Shown: positions 39,701-53,072 of the stretch, in pieces
Position numbering within the stretch: position 1 is the first letter of the stretch
Layout: every line of letters begins with the position of its first letter
Origin: Macrostomum lignano
Lineage: Eukaryota
Assembly (NCBI GenBank): GCA_002269645.1
Contig: NIVC01001852.1
Coordinates: 1 to 64,000, forward strand
Reading direction: 5' to 3'
Length of the DNA: 64,000 nucleotides
Notes under the pieces: generated by a model
What the model was told of the DNA's origin: nothing
The model's input: the letters and a program-made list of their open reading frames with translations, nothing else
Databases searched by the model: none
Program-made: the position numbers and the translations under genes

Positions 39701-42700
39701 TCTCTCCGACCACTCTCTGATTACTCAATTCAATCACGCTCTCCCACTCCCAAAGTTTCACAAAGATATCACCAGATTTTCAACCCCGAACTAAACTCTC
39801 TGACATCGATCTGGCGTGCCACTTTCAGTTTTGCCTGGGTAAAATCTTATCCGTCGAATCAGTCCCTGCAGCTGGTTAGATCCCTACGCGAGTCCCCGAT
39901 TCCTTCCCCATCAACCCCACCTCACTGGGGTTTAAAAAATTTCAACTTTGAGGTCTTTTACAGTTTCTTTTCTTTACTTGACTGGCTTTGCGTGCAACCG
40001 AGCGGCATCGCACGGGTGCGGGTCAGAGGCCGCCTGAGCCGAGATCGGATCCCCGAAAAAAGCACGCACTGAGCCAGGGATAACATTGAACCTGTGTCTG
40101 GAGTTCAAAGATGATTTTAAAGTTAGGGACGCTGTGCACCCCGTGTGAGCGTGTGTCTGAGTGCGTGTCTGCGTATTGGCGCGCTCCAGAACTGCCTCAG
40201 CTGTGGCTATGGAACGACGTTGTCGAAGAGCCTACAGCAATTATCGTTAATATTAAATTTACAGTACTTCAGTGAAAGTTTTCAGTCCAGATTCTGGTTC
40301 AAGACGTCCTTGACTGAGCCTAGATGAGCTGCGCTTTCAAGCCTCTGCGCGCAAACTAGTCTAGTCCGCTGGATTTCTCGAGTCGGAGGGCAAGGCGGGG
40401 TGGGGTGTAGGGTTGCCGCTGCGGCGGCTAGCGGCGAATTTTCCGCGAAATCCCCACCTACCTCAGGTGGGATCGAGGGGGAAAGGGAGATTGGAGAAAG
40501 GGGGAGGAGTGGGCGGCGCCGCTGCGGCATGGCTGGGCGGGGCAAACGGCTGATCCCCTCTGAAACCTTTTATCCCAAATCCCTTAGTTGTGGCTTTAGA
40601 AGTCTTGCGCAGTCAGTGTGTGTGTGTGTGCGTAGTGGGTCGCTTAGACAAGTGGCAAGTCTGGACCCAGCCCTGACGGCTCCTGGATCAAGGATTATCT
40701 CTGTTTCGAAAAAGTAACGCGAGATTTCTGCTGCAACTCTTGATGGAGAAATGCTTCGTTTAAGCCAGTGGCTTTTTGTCTCGGGAATCAGAGCGGGGCG
40801 GAGAATCTTATCTTCTCGCGTTTCGCCTTCAGATCTTGCCGCTGTTTTAACCGTGTTTTCGGCGCATTTCCTTCCTGACTGTAATTATTTGTTCGCGCCA
40901 CCTCGGCTGGTCGACTCTTATCTATCTGTGTTTATCCCACACTTTCTAGCGTTTTTCGCCTTTGATAGACTGAAGAAAGCGCCTACTAGAATACTGTAAG
41001 AAGCGCGCAAACAAGTTATGGCGCACCACAGTAGTAGCGCGCACTGCTAGATGCGCCCCACAGTGGTAAGAAGCGCCAATTATTAGAAGTTCACATTGTT
41101 AGAAGCATTGCAAAATGTGTCACAAGTGTTTAATCGACTTTGGAAATTAGAAACACGCTTACATTATTTGTTTAATTCATCCATCTAAACAGATAAACAG
41201 GTAAACAGATTAAGCCGGAGCAGAATTGCCAGCAGAAAATTCAAAGGAGAACTGCCTAACACACACGCGTATTGACCGCCTATAATTTCAAGCTCGGGTT
41301 GTTCGCCGCAGAATTCCGAGCGGGCACGCAGCGTGTTCGAAGCATCGACTCCCGAAATTCTCGCTCTTACGCTACGAATTATATGGCAGCGAAATCTGGC
41401 CGGTTCCCAGGAGATGGGACTCCAGTCTACACTAATAATCAATGCTTAAGCCTCTGCTTAAACCCACCGTAGTCCTCAGTCTCCCACAGCATGCAGTCTG
41501 AGTCTCCTCTCCAGCTCTCCGCTTCACGGGTCAGCGCCAGAAAACACAACAACAAGCAGCACAATGACCCTTGTAGCGGCGCTAACCAGAGTTTCAAGGG
41601 CAGCTTTATATTGACTGTCGCATGTCTTGAAACATGCACAGCGGGGTCGAGACTTGGGACTGATTTCTGCACATGTCACTTTCACAGCTATTGCAAGATT
41701 TAGCAGAGAATCTCGCCAGCCTGCCAGTCAGAAATCTTTAATAACAGAATAATAATAAAACACAGCACCAAAACCTGCTTTTTTGCGTGACGCCCTCCTC
41801 TTTGGCGCAGAGATGGCCCTATAAAACAGCGGACACTGCGCGGGCAAATGAGGGGTGAATTTTCGAATAGATTTATAATGGCTAAAAGTCAGGGGGAAGG
41901 AGGGAGAAGTCTTTCTGAGCAAAAGCAGAGACAGCTCTGCAGAGAGAATGAGAAAACACAGGAGATAAAGATGGTGCTCCAGTCCAGAGCCCTTGTGCTT
42001 TATGCATAATTCACCCGGCAGAAAAATTCTGACCATAAGCTGGTCCCACTCGACTCCCACAATGAGACCTCCAATTTTTCTTCCCAAAATCCCTACGGGT
42101 CGTCGCATTTACACAATCTGGACCAGAAATCAGGGAGTAGAGATCGGGGAGGGGACTTCGCTTTTGAAGCCAGCGCAGACTCAGCCCCAGAGCTCCGAGA
42201 GGCCAGCCCCCATTCTGGCAGATAAGCATCTATAAAATATCTGCTTCCCTGAGAGTCATGGAGAGCCAAGAGACCAGCCAAGATTCGCCCCCTATACTAT
42301 AAAGTAGGAAGCGTGATGCAACAGGTGAACACCTACCGCTCTGCAACAACAAGTTCCTGCTTCGAGGCCAGAAGTCAGAAGTGTGTTGCGCGCGCGTCTG
42401 GACTGGGTTAAGGGGAGCGAACAGGGCCTTGATTCGCGCACCTATAAGCTGATCTTAATCTCCGACAGCGCCGCCCCCGCCACTGCGGTTGCTGACCGGG
42501 GCTCCGGGGCCGAACTGACTACGAAATTTCCCACGGACTTAAGGAAGGGTCAAAGACTTTGTAAGACCTGTTGTGTAAGAACATTATTCGAATGACAACT
42601 ATATAATCCTTCATTGTCTGGGAGGTTGCCTACAGCTGGTTGGGTTGCTGTGGGAAGGCAAGGACTATCCTAGCTTATAAGAAAGTTAAAAGTTGGCAAA

Positions 42701-42949
42701 TTGTCGTGGAATCTATTAGAGATCTATGGTTAAGTTTGGCACTTGGATTGGAGTTGACAGGGTTACGAGAGTTGGCAGTGACAAGCCGTACGTAACTACA
42801 GGTACACTGATTAATGATCTGTGCAGAAATTCTCAAATATTTAGTCAATAAGGTCACTTAACGCTCAAAAGAGTATTCGCTGATAGAAATGAAAACTTTT
42901 AGATTCCCGTTCAACTGCTTATAGATCTCTGATTGAAGACCTCCTCCTG

Positions 42950-43800
42950 TAGATTTCTATAGCTATCTTATCTATTGTCTATAGATAGCCTATAGCTTAA
43001 CTATAGATGTCTATTTAACTGCTTATAGATCACTAATCAACTGTCTAAAGATATCTATTAAACTGTCTATAGATATATATTTAACGGTCTATAGACATCT
43101 ATTTAACTGTCTATAAATCTTTAACCGATCGATAAATTGCCTATAGATCTCTAATCAATCGATATATTGTCTATAAATTCCTGATCAATGGTCAATAGAG
43201 CTTCTATAGATCTGTTAATAGATATAGACAATGTATCGATCGAACAGAGATCTATAGGCAATGTATCCATAGAACCGAGATTTATAGACAATGTATCGAT
43301 AGAACTGAGATTCATAGACAATTTATCGATGGAACCGAGATTTATAGACAATGTATCGATCGAACAGAGATCTATAGGCAATATATCGATTAAACCGAGA
43401 TTTATAGACAATTTATCGATGGAACCGAGATTTATAGACAATGTATCGATCGAACAGAGATCTATAGGCAATATATCGATTAAACCGAGATTTATAGACA
43501 ATTTATCGATGGAACCGAGATTTATAGACAATGTATCGATCGAACAGAGATCTATAGGCAATATATCGATGAAACCGAGATTTATAGACAATGTATTGAT
43601 GGAACCGAGATTTATAGACAATGTATCGATCAAACAGAGATCTATAGGCAATATATCGATGGAACCGAGATTTATAGACAATGTATCGATCAAACAGAGA
43701 TCTATGGGCAATGTATCGATAGAACAAAGATTGTCGGGGAACAGAGATCGATCTCTGTTCGATCGATACATTGCCTATAGATATCTGATTCATCGATATT
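42950..43800. repeat. 30-bp minisatellite (ATAGACAATGTATCGATGGAACCGAGATTT) preceded by degenerate CTATAG repeats
   Basis: Tandem units from about 43200 with ATCGAT/AGATCT palindromes. Confidence 0.88.
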
Positions 43801-44679
43801 TTGTCGATAGATTCCCTGATCAACGATCAATAGAGTTCCTATAGATCTGATAGATCTCCGTCGAAAGCTCTGACATGTCACAATCTCCCACAATAGCAAT
43901 AAAAGACTGAAGACACTTGCTCGATCTCCACGTCACGTCTTCCAGGCAGCGAGAGCACAGGCTAGGTATGAGTTTTACGACTGACAACTCACCTCAAACA
44001 GAGCCATAAACCCTATGAGGGAATTTTTTATTCAAGGCAATTTTTTGAGAGCATTAACAAAATAATAAAAAAACATTTTAACAGCGCAACCACCCAAGCC
44101 AGGCGAGCATTTAATTTGATTAAAAATTCTTTTTTAGAAAGGATTTTAAGCAAGTCGAACGCTTTAAATAAAAAATTATTGCCAGATACACAGCATTCAG
44201 TCCCAATTTTATTTAGAGTTTTGGTCTCCCCTCTAGAAGCAGCAATAACTGCCTGTGCTCCTAAGAGGCAAGTTCACGGGGTCGGTCAGGATGTCCCACA
44301 GGATCGGCGCGGGGCACTCTCACTGATTAGAGAGTCTGAGGCCTGAGACTCTTTGAGCGACAGCGGAGCGGGGAGCAGAGACAAGAGGGGATTTTCTGGC
44401 TGGGGGATTTCAGCGTATTCCCGAAAACCCTCCTCTATTATTTCAGTTGGAGTAAATAGAATGGCAAAATTACAGGGACTCAAGAGCGATACAGAAGAGA
44501 GAAGGTTTGCCTGATAAAACCGATGGTACAAGGGAATAACTTTCCCTAAAATTTTATCCTCGCGCCAAGCATTGGTGCAAACTCTTGGGCTTTTTAATAA
44601 TCCTAATGTTCACTCTGAAGTTCCAACAAGCGTAAATATTCACTGCGTCTCAAAGCTTTCAATTCACGGCAATCTTAAC

Positions 44680-45790
44680 GTTCTTAAAAATTCACAACGG
44701 GCTCTTAAAGATTCACAACAAGTTTTTAATGATTCACAACAGGTTGTTAAAGATTCACAACGGGCTCTTAAAGATTCACAACAAGTTTTTAATGATTCAC
44801 AACAGGTTGTTAAAGATTCACAACGGGCTCTTAAAGATTCACAACAAATTTTTTTTATGATTCACAACAGGTTGTTAAAGATTCACAACAGGTTTTTTAA
44901 GATTCACAACATGTTATTAAGGCTTCGCAACATGTTTTTTTTGAGATTCAAAACAGGCTGTCAAAGATTCACAACAGGTTTTTAAGGATTCAGAACATGT
45001 TGTTAAATATTCACAACAGGTTCCTAAAGATTCACAACAGTTAAATAAAGATTCACAACAGTTAAATAAATATTCACAACAGGTTCTTAAAGATTCACAT
45101 CAGGTTCCTAAAAATTCACAACAGGTTGTTAAAGATCCACAACAGGTTTTAAAACATCCACAACGGGTTCTTAAAAATTCACAACAGGTTGTTAAAGATC
45201 CACAACAGGTTCTTAAAGATTTACATCATATTCCTAAAAATTCACAACAGGTTTTTAAAGATTCGAAACAGGTTTTAAAAGATTCACAACAGGTTGTTAA
45301 AAGTTCACAACAGGTTCCTTAAGATTCACAACAGGTTATTATGGCTTCGCAACATGTTCTATGAGCTTCACAACAGGTTGCTAAAAATCATAACAGGTTT
45401 TTAGAGATTCACAACAGGGTCTTAAAGATTCACAACAAATTCTTAGAGATTCAAAACAGGTTGTTAAAGATTAACAATAGATTCCTAAAATTCATAACAG
45501 GTTCTCAGAGATCCACAACAGGTTGTTAAAGATCCACAACAGGTTCCTAAAGATTCACAACAGGTTATTTAAGATTCACAACAGGTTATTTAAGATTCAC
45601 AACAGGTTATTTAAGATTCACAACAGGTTATTTAAGATTCACAACTGGTTATTTAAGATTCACAACAGGTTTTAAGATTCACAACAGGTTATTTAAGATT
45701 CACAACAGGTTATTTAAGATTCACAACAGGTTATTTAAGATTCACAACAGGTCTTAGAGATCCACACCAGGTTAATAAAGATTCACAACA
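44680..45790. repeat. 21-bp minisatellite (AAGATTCACAACAGGTTGTTA)
   Basis: About 50 variable copies. Confidence 0.92.
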
Positions 45791-46594
45791 CCTTTAATTT
45801 CGCTCCCCTCTATCTGACCGTAAGTGCCAATTGATAACAGGAACCTCTAGAAAGCATCAGGTACCTCGGACCCTCCTTTTAAACCCCAACGAGAGGGGGA
45901 GATTTCCCACTGCCCCGCAGCACCAGGCCACTCTGCCACCGTCCAGACAGACCCGGAATATTTTCGGAAGCGTCTTCGCTCGGCGAACGATTCGGTGAAA
46001 CCAAGGTGGCACAGTTGCCGTCCATTAGTCTGCCTGCGACCCAACCCCCGGTAGGTCCACAGCAAGGCAGCGCTTAACAAGAGAGAGTGGCTGAGTGAGA
46101 GACAGTGAAAGCAAAACGGAGGTTAATGCTAAATTCGGTTGTAGCTGGTTGCTATGCCAAAAAGAGTAGTAGCCAGGTAAGCTAAAGGTAGCTGAAAAAG
46201 TGGCGAGCTCGAACGGTTAAAAGGTTTTTTGGCACAGAAGACGGCGGGAGGCTGCTGCAGCCTGGCTAGTCGTCGTAAAAGAATGACAGTTCTTTTGGCG
46301 AGAGCTGCCGAATCCGATAGAGAGCGAGGGAGGCGCCATCGACCTTGTAAGACACCGCCGCATGCGAAGCCCGCTTCTCTGCGTTGCTTTTTTGCCCGCT
46401 CCCCCGCCCCCGGTCAGGAATGGAATTTGCTGCAAATGGAACTGTGGCGTCTTCCGTTCCTGCTAGTCACGTGATTCAGATACCGCAGCGAACAGAGACA
46501 TATTTGCCTCTTATTATTGGGGAAGGGAGGCCATTGGTTCGAATTCCAACTAACTCATTTTTTTAAAGTCCCCTCAACAAACCATTCTAGCGCT

Positions 46595-47705
46595 TGTCAG
46601 TTTTGGCGCCACCCTAACAGTCACTTTGGCGCCATTCTAACACTCAGTTTTGGCGCCATTTTAACACTCCAAAAATTTGTTCAAATGGCGCCACCCTAAC
46701 AGTCACTTTGGCGCCATTCTAACAGTCAGTTTTGGCGCCATCCTAACAGTCAGTTTTGGCGGAATCCTAACAGTCAGTTTTGGCGCCATCCTAACAGTCA
46801 GTTTTGGCGCCATCCTAACAGTCAGTTTTGGCGGAATCCTAACAGTCAGTTTTGGCGGAATCCTAACAGTCAGTTTTGGCGCCATCCCAACAGACTGTTC
46901 TGTGGTTATCCTACCTGACTGTTTTGGCGCTATCGTATGACCCATTTTTAGCACCATTCTAACAGTCAGTTTTGGCGCCATTCTAACAGTCAGTTTTGGC
47001 GCCATCCCAACAGACTGTTCTGGGGTTATCCTACCTGACTGTTTTGGCGCTATCGTATGACCCATTTTTAGCACCATTCTAACAGTCAGTTTTGGCGCCA
47101 TTCTAACAGTCAGTTTTGGCGCCATCCTAACAGTCAGTTTTGGCGCCATCCCAACAGACTGTTCTGGGGTTATCCTACCTTACTGTTTTGGCGCTATCGT
47201 ATGACCCATTTTTAGCACCATTCTAACAGACTGTTTTGGCGCCACCCTAACAGTTAGTTTTGGCGCCATCCTAACACTCAGTTTTGGCGGAATCCTAACA
47301 GTCAGTTTTGGCGCCATCCCAACAGACTGTTCTGGGGTTATCCTACCTTACTGTTTTGGCGCTATCGTATGACCCATTTTTAGCACCATTCTAATAGACT
47401 GTTTTGGCGCCACCCTAACAGGCAGTTTTGGAGCCACCCCAACAGTCAGTTTTGGCGCCACACTAACAGTCAGTTTTGGCGCCAATATAACAGTCAGTTT
47501 TGGCGCCATCCTAATAGACTGTTTTGGCGCCATGCTAACAATCCGTTTTGGCGCCATCTTAACAGGCATTTTTGGAGCCACCCTAACAGTCAGTTTTGGC
47601 GCCACACTAACAGTCAGTTTTGGCGCCAATATAACAGTCAGTTTTGGCGCCATCCTAATAGACTGGTTTGGCGCCATGCTAACAATCCGTTTTGGCGCCA
47701 TCTTA
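46595..47705. repeat. 24-bp minisatellite (TTTTGGCGCCATCCTAACAGTCAG)
   Basis: Tandem copies with recurring variant blocks. Confidence 0.95.
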
Positions 47706-48399
47706 ACCGGCCGTACCATTTCGATGCTAACAAGAAATTATGAGGCCATTTCAACAATTTTGTCTTGCATCTGAGCTGAGCAGCTGATGGCGCCACTTAT
47801 TCCAGCTCGCAAGATATCTAACATCAAGTTGGCCAGTTTTTCGCCCCAAGGCGCCGCCTGGGGCTGCTGTGGGGCCACCGCTATTGAAACTTTTATGAAA
47901 AATAATTTCATAATAAAAAAACTGAGTCGACCTAATTATTTCACCGACCGGCTGTGTGTTTGGGGCTCAAGTCTGGCCACTTCATCGTGCGAGAGGCGCG
48001 CGGTTTTAAGTTGGCAAGCTTAAACAAAAAGATCTCCTACCTTAGATTAGATTATGCAGGATAAAGAGAGGAAGGGAGAGGTGTCGGGGGGTGTTCAAGC
48101 TCGCGTGTTTTTCACCACCCCTGACGGGATTTTCTCCCACCTTTTTAAGGCCGGTCTACTTTATAATAACTGAGGATCCGGCAGCTGGTGAGGCTGGGTG
48201 ATGAAGGAGATTAGGATCTGAGCAATGCAGCTTTGAATATTGAGTTTTTTCTACTATTCACGCCACTTGCGGCCCCGCCCACCACGAACCCGGCTCAGGC
48301 TCTTACTAAACTATAGAGGAAATCAGTGAGTTCAGGGTGTTGGCTTCTCGAATTCGGAAGCCAACTAAAAACTTCAAATGTGTTTTTACCTGCAAGATT

Positions 48400-48755
48400 T
48401 TAATGTTGATGCTAAATGAAACACAAAATAAGCGACATTGTCACACAACCGGCGAGAGGCATTACTACCCATTCTGACGACTCCCCTGAGGCCTGAGCAG
48501 GCACACAAGCGCAGGGATACGTACGCATTCATACGCACAGGCACACACAGGAGTGTACAGTGGCCCTGACTGTATTTATCGTTAGGCATGTACACTTCAC
48601 TGTGTCTTGGGGGGTTGGCTCTCAAGGCCGTCAATTGCACGAGCAGAGCCAAGCCGAGATTCCAATTCAGCCCCAAATTAATGCAACTGCACCTGGAATC
48701 GAGCCTGGGCCGCTGGCACACCAGAGCCTGCGCTGGACCACTAGGGTACTCGTAC
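48400..48755 (-). mobile_element. Putative tRNA-derived SINE (degenerate tRNA-Glu-like head)
   Basis: Minus strand TACCCTAGTGG (A-box-like, 48748-48738) and GGCTCGATTCC (B-box-like, 48705-48695) are 32 nt apart as in tRNA-Glu; GCGGCCCAGGCTCGATTCCAGGT resembles the tRNA-Glu T-arm, but the stems are broken; 3' boundary uncertain. Confidence 0.45.
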
Positions 48756-49716
48756 GCCCCCCCCTTTAGCAGCCAGAAAACTTTTAGAATTCAGTTTATC
48801 TACATCCTTGATTACCTACAGTCTTGACCTACAATTTGAAAATTCGAATATTAGTCTCTATGCTTCGGTGATGATTTAGTTTCTTTTGACGAGGCACAAA
48901 CTAAAACGGTTAATAAGTATCTTTCGCGATATAAAGGCTACAGACGATGTGAATATTTAGAGGAAAATTTATGCAACCGATATTATGAGCTCAGGAGAAG
49001 AGATTGGAACGCCACAAAACAGCTTGCGGCTGACAACGCCCACCCAGCTGAACTCAACAAAAGAACTTCAGACCCTAAAGTAGATATTTATCAGGCAACC
49101 TCTTCTTTCCCACTTGCAAACGTTTCGGCCCTAAAAAATATACTCGTGTATATATATAATTTTCATTATTGCATCCACAGAGATTAGGATCATCTAGCGG
49201 CACACAGAGGCACCAGTTTTCGCACCTCCTTACACCCGGGTCGATTCTGAGTCGGTAAAATCCTCCTCCTCAATCCGCCTACTAGGCCGCAGAAGAACTA
49301 AACTGGCTGCTTCCTTAACATCCCTCCAGGCCTCTCTAAAAGATTTCCCGCATAGATTATTTGCCCTCGGGGCGGTCACAGCGGCCCTTCCCAGACTCGA
49401 CGATCAATCGATGATGTCCCGCTTGCTTGCGAACACCTGCAAGGTGCCAGACAGAGACAGGCAGCCAGCGGGTGGCTTCGCTAATCACGGCTGCCGAATC
49501 GAGTATTCAGTAGTGTAGACAGAGGACTGAATTAGAATTGTTCCAACATATGGAGGACACGCGGCCGACAAAAACTTTAGCTGCTGGCTAAACTTTTTTG
49601 TCTTTAATTTACGCAATTTTGCTTGGTTTTTATTAGGCTCAGATAATATCAGCTATGTGTGGTTTTGTTTAGTACCTAAGAGGGCGCTGATCGAACAACT
49701 CGACCCCAAAAATAGG

Positions 49717-50140
49717 TCAGGGCGCCGCTACAATCTTAGTGTCAAAAGGATGCAATTCTTAGTGTCAGAGGAGGCGCCAATCTTAGTGTCAGAGGGGAGC
49801 GCCAATCTTAGTGTCAGAGGGGAGCGCCAATCTTAATGTTAGAGGAGGCGCCAATCTTAGTGTCAGAGAGAGCGCCAATCTTAGTGTCAGAGGGGAGCGC
49901 CAATCTTAGTGTCAGAGGAGGCGCCATTCTGAGTGTCATAGGAGGCGCCAATCTGAGTGTCAGAGGAGGCGCCATTCTGAGTGTCATAGGAGGCGCCAAT
50001 CTTAGTGTCAGAAGGTTGCAGATCTTAGTGTCAGAGGGAGCGCCAATCTTAGTGTCAGAGGGTTGCAGATCTTATTGTCAGAGGGAGCGCCAATCTTAGT
50101 GTCAGAGGGTTGCAGATCTTAGTGTCAGAGGGCGCCCTGA
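49717..50140. repeat. 24/25-bp minisatellite (GGCGCCAATCTTAGTGTCAGAGGA) bounded by a 10-bp inverted repeat
   Basis: Tandem units; TCAGGGCGCC at 49717 and GGCGCCCTGA at 50131. Confidence 0.88.
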
Positions 50141-50917
50141 GTCGCAGATGTTGCATCAAAACGAAGAGAAAAAACACAGAAGCCATGAGCCAAGGCGGAA
50201 GATTCAACAAAAGCTACAAAGAACCCGTCGCGGAACAAAAGAAGAGACTCGCGACAAAGGAAAGCGCCGCTGACCCGCCGGGAGCACAGTAATAGTTTTA
50301 AGTGCTCTCCCAATTTCGCATCGGAGGGAGCGCACAACTGTTGCTCATTTGTCAGTCAAGCCGGTGCGCCCAGACAGCGAGGCCGGGGGGGGGGGGGGGA
50401 AGGGGGGTGATTGCATCCAAGGGTCGCATCCTATTCATTTGATGCTCGGCTTTTAGGCCTAGCCGCAGCCTCCGAAACGCCAAAATATGCAGCTGTTGCC
50501 AGCTTGAGGGGCGGGGTAGGGCAAGGATGGGTCCCCGCCGGCTTGTCTTGTCTTTCGCAACAACAGCCTCGGTCTATGCGCATGCAGCATACGGCAGCGG
50601 CGACACGTGGATCCTCCGGCCAGAGAGGAGGAGGAGGGCGTGGCCAGGTGAACGGCTTTTATACCGTTATGATGGGGCAGGCAGGGATGCGCCTGAATAT
50701 GTGTAGATAGATAGATGTTTAAGTTGCTGACAGAAATTTGACTTGACAAACGAGGGGGCAACGGAATGGGACACATGGGACAGGGAAACTGGCGGGACAG
50801 GGAGAGAGATGGAGTGGAGAGGCTGGATGCGACGGACCACTCGAGGCCTGCTGTTTGACTGTCGTTCTTCTCGGGGCGCTTGGGGAATAACTGAAATGGA
50901 GGGACTGCCGGTGAATC

Positions 50918-51221
<304 letters not shown>

Positions 51222-52879
51222 CTCACTCTAATTTCAAAGCCGTGTAAAGTTTGGATCCACCGATCTTAACTCCAACTCAAAGACCCCTAATTAATCCCAA
51301 AATTTGTCGCCCTAGTGCCGTAATGCTTCCGTTTCGTGAGCACGAAATTCCATGCGGGCATGCAGATTACGGAAGCAATTGCTCCCACAATAGGGACGCT
51401 TGTCCCATTGAGAAGATGGAAGAAACACGGATGAATTCCCCTATATACTCAAGTCGCTGAGCTAGGCGAGGTGTTTCAGTGTTGAGAGGAAAGCCTTTTG
51501 TCTATGCAAATGCAACCGGCTGGTCAATCGCTGTTGTGGGCGGTGGTGTTTGGTGGTGGGCAGTTGAGTGTGAAGAGTCCGGTTCGTTCGGGGGGGGGTT
51601 GCTTTGACCCTTCCGCTTTCGCGAACAACATATTAGACTGCGTAGTTTTTGTATAGTAGACTAGCGCGGCTCAACCCCCCCTCGGGTAGCTCACCCCCCA
51701 AGTTCTTGTCATATAGCCCGAAGGTCTACGACTCAACACCCGCACCGCTGGACTGGGGAGTTCTAAGGACACGTGGCCACCGACTCTAACCGGTTTTAAT
51801 CGAGCAAATGTATCCCTCTACCGGCAGCTCAAAAAGAGAAGAGGCCAAGTGAGAGAAATGGAGAGACGCTGGCCTCTCATCTCTTTGATTCGCGGCTGTT
51901 TAGCTGAAGGGCCGGAGTTCCCTACAGAGCGAGCGCGTGCCCTGCCCGCGTCCGGCTCTGAGCTGAAGCATCCGTCACTGGCCTCCGATATTTGACTAAA
52001 TAGTGGGCCGACTATTCTTTTAAAAGCAAGCAGAAAATATTGGTATTGTTGCAGAAAGATCGTTCGTCGGTGGGGTCTGTATCTATCAGTCTCTCCTATG
52101 CGCTGAAGGGATATTAGAGCCAACACTTCACGCCTCCCTGTGTGGCAGCTCTGAGCAAACATGGGTCTACCGCCAGTTGTGGAGGCAGTCCTCTGCGCAC
52201 ACCTGAACTCCCAAATCGCCAGCCCGAGCACACGGAGCCAAAACAGTTCACTGTTTCCATAACCAGCGAGTCCCAGTGAGTTTTTTGACTCCTCCATCTT
52301 TGGGGACTCCTCTCACTGGATAGTCTGGCCGCGTGTCTTTCAGCGCCTCTGTCAACAAACCGAGCGAGACAGACAGAGCGGTGACTGCAGGCGTTCGACG
52401 TCCTGATGTGTAAAAAATATGATAAAACCGCATGCGTATTGAATCTGCTATGAATCTGTCTCTGACTGTCTCTCTCTATTAGACAATGGTTAGCTTAGAC
52501 AGAACTTTGGCCCGCATAATCCCAGAGATATAATCCCAATTATATTCCTCCCTTAACCCACTCGGCAGTCAGTTAGCAAGGTAAGGGAAGTGTGCAAGGG
52601 AGATTCGCGGGCTCTGTTAGCAAACAATCATGCAATACTCTGGCACCACTCGATGCAAACTCACCGCAAACCGCCAGCACACGGCTGCTTATTTCTGCGT
52701 GAATGAGGCGGCTGAGTGAGTGGGAGAACCTGCACAACTGATGAGGACCCACTCGCGAGGACACTTTGCAGACACTTTTCATCCACTTAACCCGCCTAGA
52801 TAGCCAGCCTCTCACTGCCTCATCACCTGATGCTGAAGCAGCGAGGGCCTGCTCAAGAGAACACTGGAGCTTCCCTACC

Positions 52880-53072
52880 AAAAATATGTTACTTATTGAG
52901 CGCTTGCGTCCTGCGCGCTCAAGTCAAAGAAATATGTTTACTAATTGCGCGCTTGCGTCCTGCGCGCTCAAGTCAAAGAAATATGTTTACTAATTGCGCG
53001 CTTGCGTCCCGCGCGCTCAAGTCAAAGAAATATGTTTACTAATTGCGCGCTTGCGTACTGCGCGCTCAAGTC
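52880..53072. repeat. 49-bp tandem repeat, about 4 copies
   Basis: GCGCGCTTGCGTCCTGCGCGCTCAAGTCAAAGAAATATGTTTACTAATT repeated. Confidence 0.9.

Noticed and set aside
43151-44985. ORFs of 137-218 aa from the 30-bp and 21-bp arrays
   Set aside because: In-frame tandem units only; no domain or splice support
51818-52881. Minus-strand ORFs of 61-159 aa (51818, 52248, 52573) as exons of a hidden gene
   Set aside because: No recognisable motifs and no phase-consistent splice chain; cannot be excluded without RNA data
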